A stretch of DNA of 64,000 nucleotides from an uncultured delta proteobacterium (GTDB taxonomy: Bacteria; Desulfobacterota; Desulfobacteria; Desulfobacterales; Desulfatirhabdiaceae): the NCBI GenBank assembly GCA_963789395.1, contig CAWBKP010000011.1:64001-128000 (forward strand), written 5' to 3'. Positions 62,226 through 64,000 of this stretch are shown piece by piece. The translations under genes and the position numbers were made by a program. Positions within the stretch are counted from its first letter, which is position 1; each line of letters opens with the position of its first letter. The notes beneath the pieces were generated by a model. That model was not told the DNA's origin and made no database searches. It saw nothing but the letters and a program-made list of their open reading frames with translations.

Positions 62226-64000
62226 TTGCAATCCGACTCCACCCATCACTCAGGCTTTCACAAACGCCTGCATGCTCTTTTTCTGCAGTATTTTTCCATA
62301 CCCCAGCCTGAAGAGGCAAGCGGATTTCTTTACTGGCGGGAACGGATTCTCCATGGTATGTATCTGGCCGGCATTGTGTTTGGCTCGATTATTATTTTTC
62401 CCACTGTGTCATTTCTGATCCACCGGCGCTATTACCTTCTGGTAGCCATTGATATACTGGCTTTGGCATGGTGCTTTGCGGCACCGCTGATGCGCAGCGC
62501 CCTGCAATTCAAGGTGAGAGCTGTTACAGCGCTGACGATGTTATATCTTATCGGCATCCTCATACTGGTCAGGCTGGGCCCGATTTCCGGGGGGTTTATC
62601 TGGCTGTTTACCTTTGCGGTGGCGGCCGCGGTTCTAATGGGTCTTCGATCCGCTTTTATCGCAATTGCCCTCAACATGGTTTCACTGATGGCCATTTATG
62701 CGGGAATCATTTCCGATGCGGTTCCATGGGCCAGCCTCTTTCAGGGAAACCATACAATCTGGTTAATAACCAGCCTGAATTTCATGCTCATGAACAGCCT
62801 GGTGGCCACCTCCGTTGGCCTGCTCCTGCAGGGCCTGGATCATACGGCACAGGAAGAGCGGGCAGCCAGAATCGATCTCATGCGTCAACAAAATGAACTT
62901 ATCGAAATGAACCGGCAGTTTATTGCTGAAACCGAAGATAGGCGACTGGCGGAACAGGAACTCCGGCGTCAAAAGGCCTATATTGAACAGATTATAGAGA
63001 ACTCCCCGGTCGCCATTTCGGTGATGAATCCAAATGGCGCCATTACCCGCATCAACCGGGAATTCACCCGCCTTTTTGGCTATATGTTTGAGGAAATCGC
63101 CGGCCGCAATATCAGCGAGCTTCTGGCACCGTCGGGTTTTGAAACCGAAGCCAACCATCTGCGAGCCATGGTTGCCGACGGCAAGAGCATCCAGGTTGAA
63201 ACCACCCGCATGTCCAAAACCGGGGAGCTGATCGAAGTGGCCATTGCCGGTTCTCCCATTTTTGTGGACAATGCACTAATTGCGATTCAGGGGGTATATT
63301 CAAATATCTCGGATCGAAAACAGGCGGAAATCGAAAAAGCCAAGCTGGAAGCACAGCTTCTTCATGCACAGAAAATGGAAGCCATCGGAATCCTTGCCGG
63401 CGGCATCGCGCATGATTTCAACAACATTCTTGGCGCCATCATAGGCTTTAGCCAGATGGCATTGATGGATGCCGAAACCGGCATCTCAAAACCCCATGAC
63501 CTGCAACAGATTTTGAAATCCGCCGAGCGGGCCAAGCACCTGGTCAAACAGATTCTGACATTCAGCCGCAGAATAACGCCGGAACTGTCTTCACAGCAAT
63601 TGAATCAGGTGATCCGACAAACTGTCACCCTACTGGAGCGGACCCTGCCCAAAATGGTTTCGATTCAAACGGAACTTTCTCCTGATCTGTCCCCGATCCA
63701 TGCAGACCCCATTCAGCTGGAGCAGGTGCTGATGAATCTGGGAACCAATGCTGCAGACGCCATGCCGGATGGCGGTATTCTGTCGATTCGAACGGAAAAC
63801 GTCTTGATCGAGACAGCCATCAGTGATGCGTTCATAACCATGCCGCCCGGCCGCTACGTGCTGCTGACGGCTGCCGATACCGGGTTCGGAATCGATAAAA
63901 ACAACCTCAAACATATTTTTGATCCGTTTTTTACGACAAAAGGCGTTGGAAAGGGCACGGGCTTGGGGTTGGCCACGGTTTTCGGGATTGTAAAAAGCCA
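62226..64000 (+). CDS. Membrane PAS sensor histidine kinase (partial; frameshifts in 5' part; runs off window)
   Basis: TM-rich N-terminus, PAS (IIENSPVAI...INREF...FGY), LAGGIAHDFNNIL, NLGTNAADAM, FDPFFTTKGVGKGTGLGL. Confidence 0.85.
   Translation, partial: MQSDSTHHSGFHKRLHALFLQYFSIPQPEEASGFLYWRERILHGMYLAGIVFGSIIIFPTVSFLIHRRYYLLVAIDILALAWCFAAPLMRSALQFKVRAVTALTMLYLIGILILVRLGPISGGFIWLFTFAVAAAVLMGLRSAFIAIALNMVSLMAIYAGIISDAVPWASLFQGNHTIWLITSLNFMLMNSLVATSVGLLLQGLDHTAQEERAARIDLMRQQNELIEMNRQFIAETEDRRLAEQELRRQKAYIEQIIENSPVAISVMNPNGAITRINREFTRLFGYMFEEIAGRNISELLAPSGFETEANHLRAMVADGKSIQVETTRMSKTGELIEVAIAGSPIFVDNALIAIQGVYSNISDRKQAEIEKAKLEAQLLHAQKMEAIGILAGGIAHDFNNILGAIIGFSQMALMDAETGISKPHDLQQILKSAERAKHLVKQILTFSRRITPELSSQQLNQVIRQTVTLLERTLPKMVSIQTELSPDLSPIHADPIQLEQVLMNLGTNAADAMPDGGILSIRTENVLIETAISDAFITMPPGRYVLLTAADTGFGIDKNNLKHIFDPFFTTKGVGKGTGLGLATVFGIVKS

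Noticed and set aside
1..64000. tRNA, rRNA, integron integrase, prophage or cas genes
   Set aside because: None recognised anywhere in the window.

Overview
64-kb bacterial window with gene content typical of an anaerobic Desulfobacterota-like (sulfate-reducer/syntroph) organism; taxonomy is inferred from gene style only. Many genes carry single-base frameshifts, most likely long-read consensus errors. 1-15.5 kb is an accessory region: the 3' end of a hybrid histidine kinase, then four genes/modules (transglutaminase, AbrB-VapC toxin-antitoxin, RsgA-like GTPase, LysE) each followed by an attC-like site with no integrase in view (CALIN-like). It also holds two unrelated IS1634-family elements with exact ends and target duplications (one splits a histidine kinase), an internally deleted CoA-transferase beside scpB, and a RAYT-like transposase. 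15.9-21.4 kb encodes a 5'-nucleotidase, an amidohydrolase and an alpha/beta hydrolase. 21.4-47.9 kb is one co-oriented run: a cobalamin riboswitch heads cbiK, an ABC importer and anaerobic corrin genes (cbiA-C-L-D-ET-F-G-H-P, cobU). These run almost without a gap into lptF-lptG, an LmtA/ICMT-like methyltransferase, waaA, lpxK, lpxL and core glycosyltransferases, and end in a B12-binding radical SAM enzyme. This is the best candidate for an undescribed system (cobalamin-linked LPS modification). 48-64 kb holds small conserved genes, a rhodanese-YceI fusion, a double CDP-alcohol phosphotransferase, an atypical SDR, an acyl-CoA synthetase, a molybdopterin enzyme with a non-canonical Fe-S motif and a partial PAS sensor kinase.
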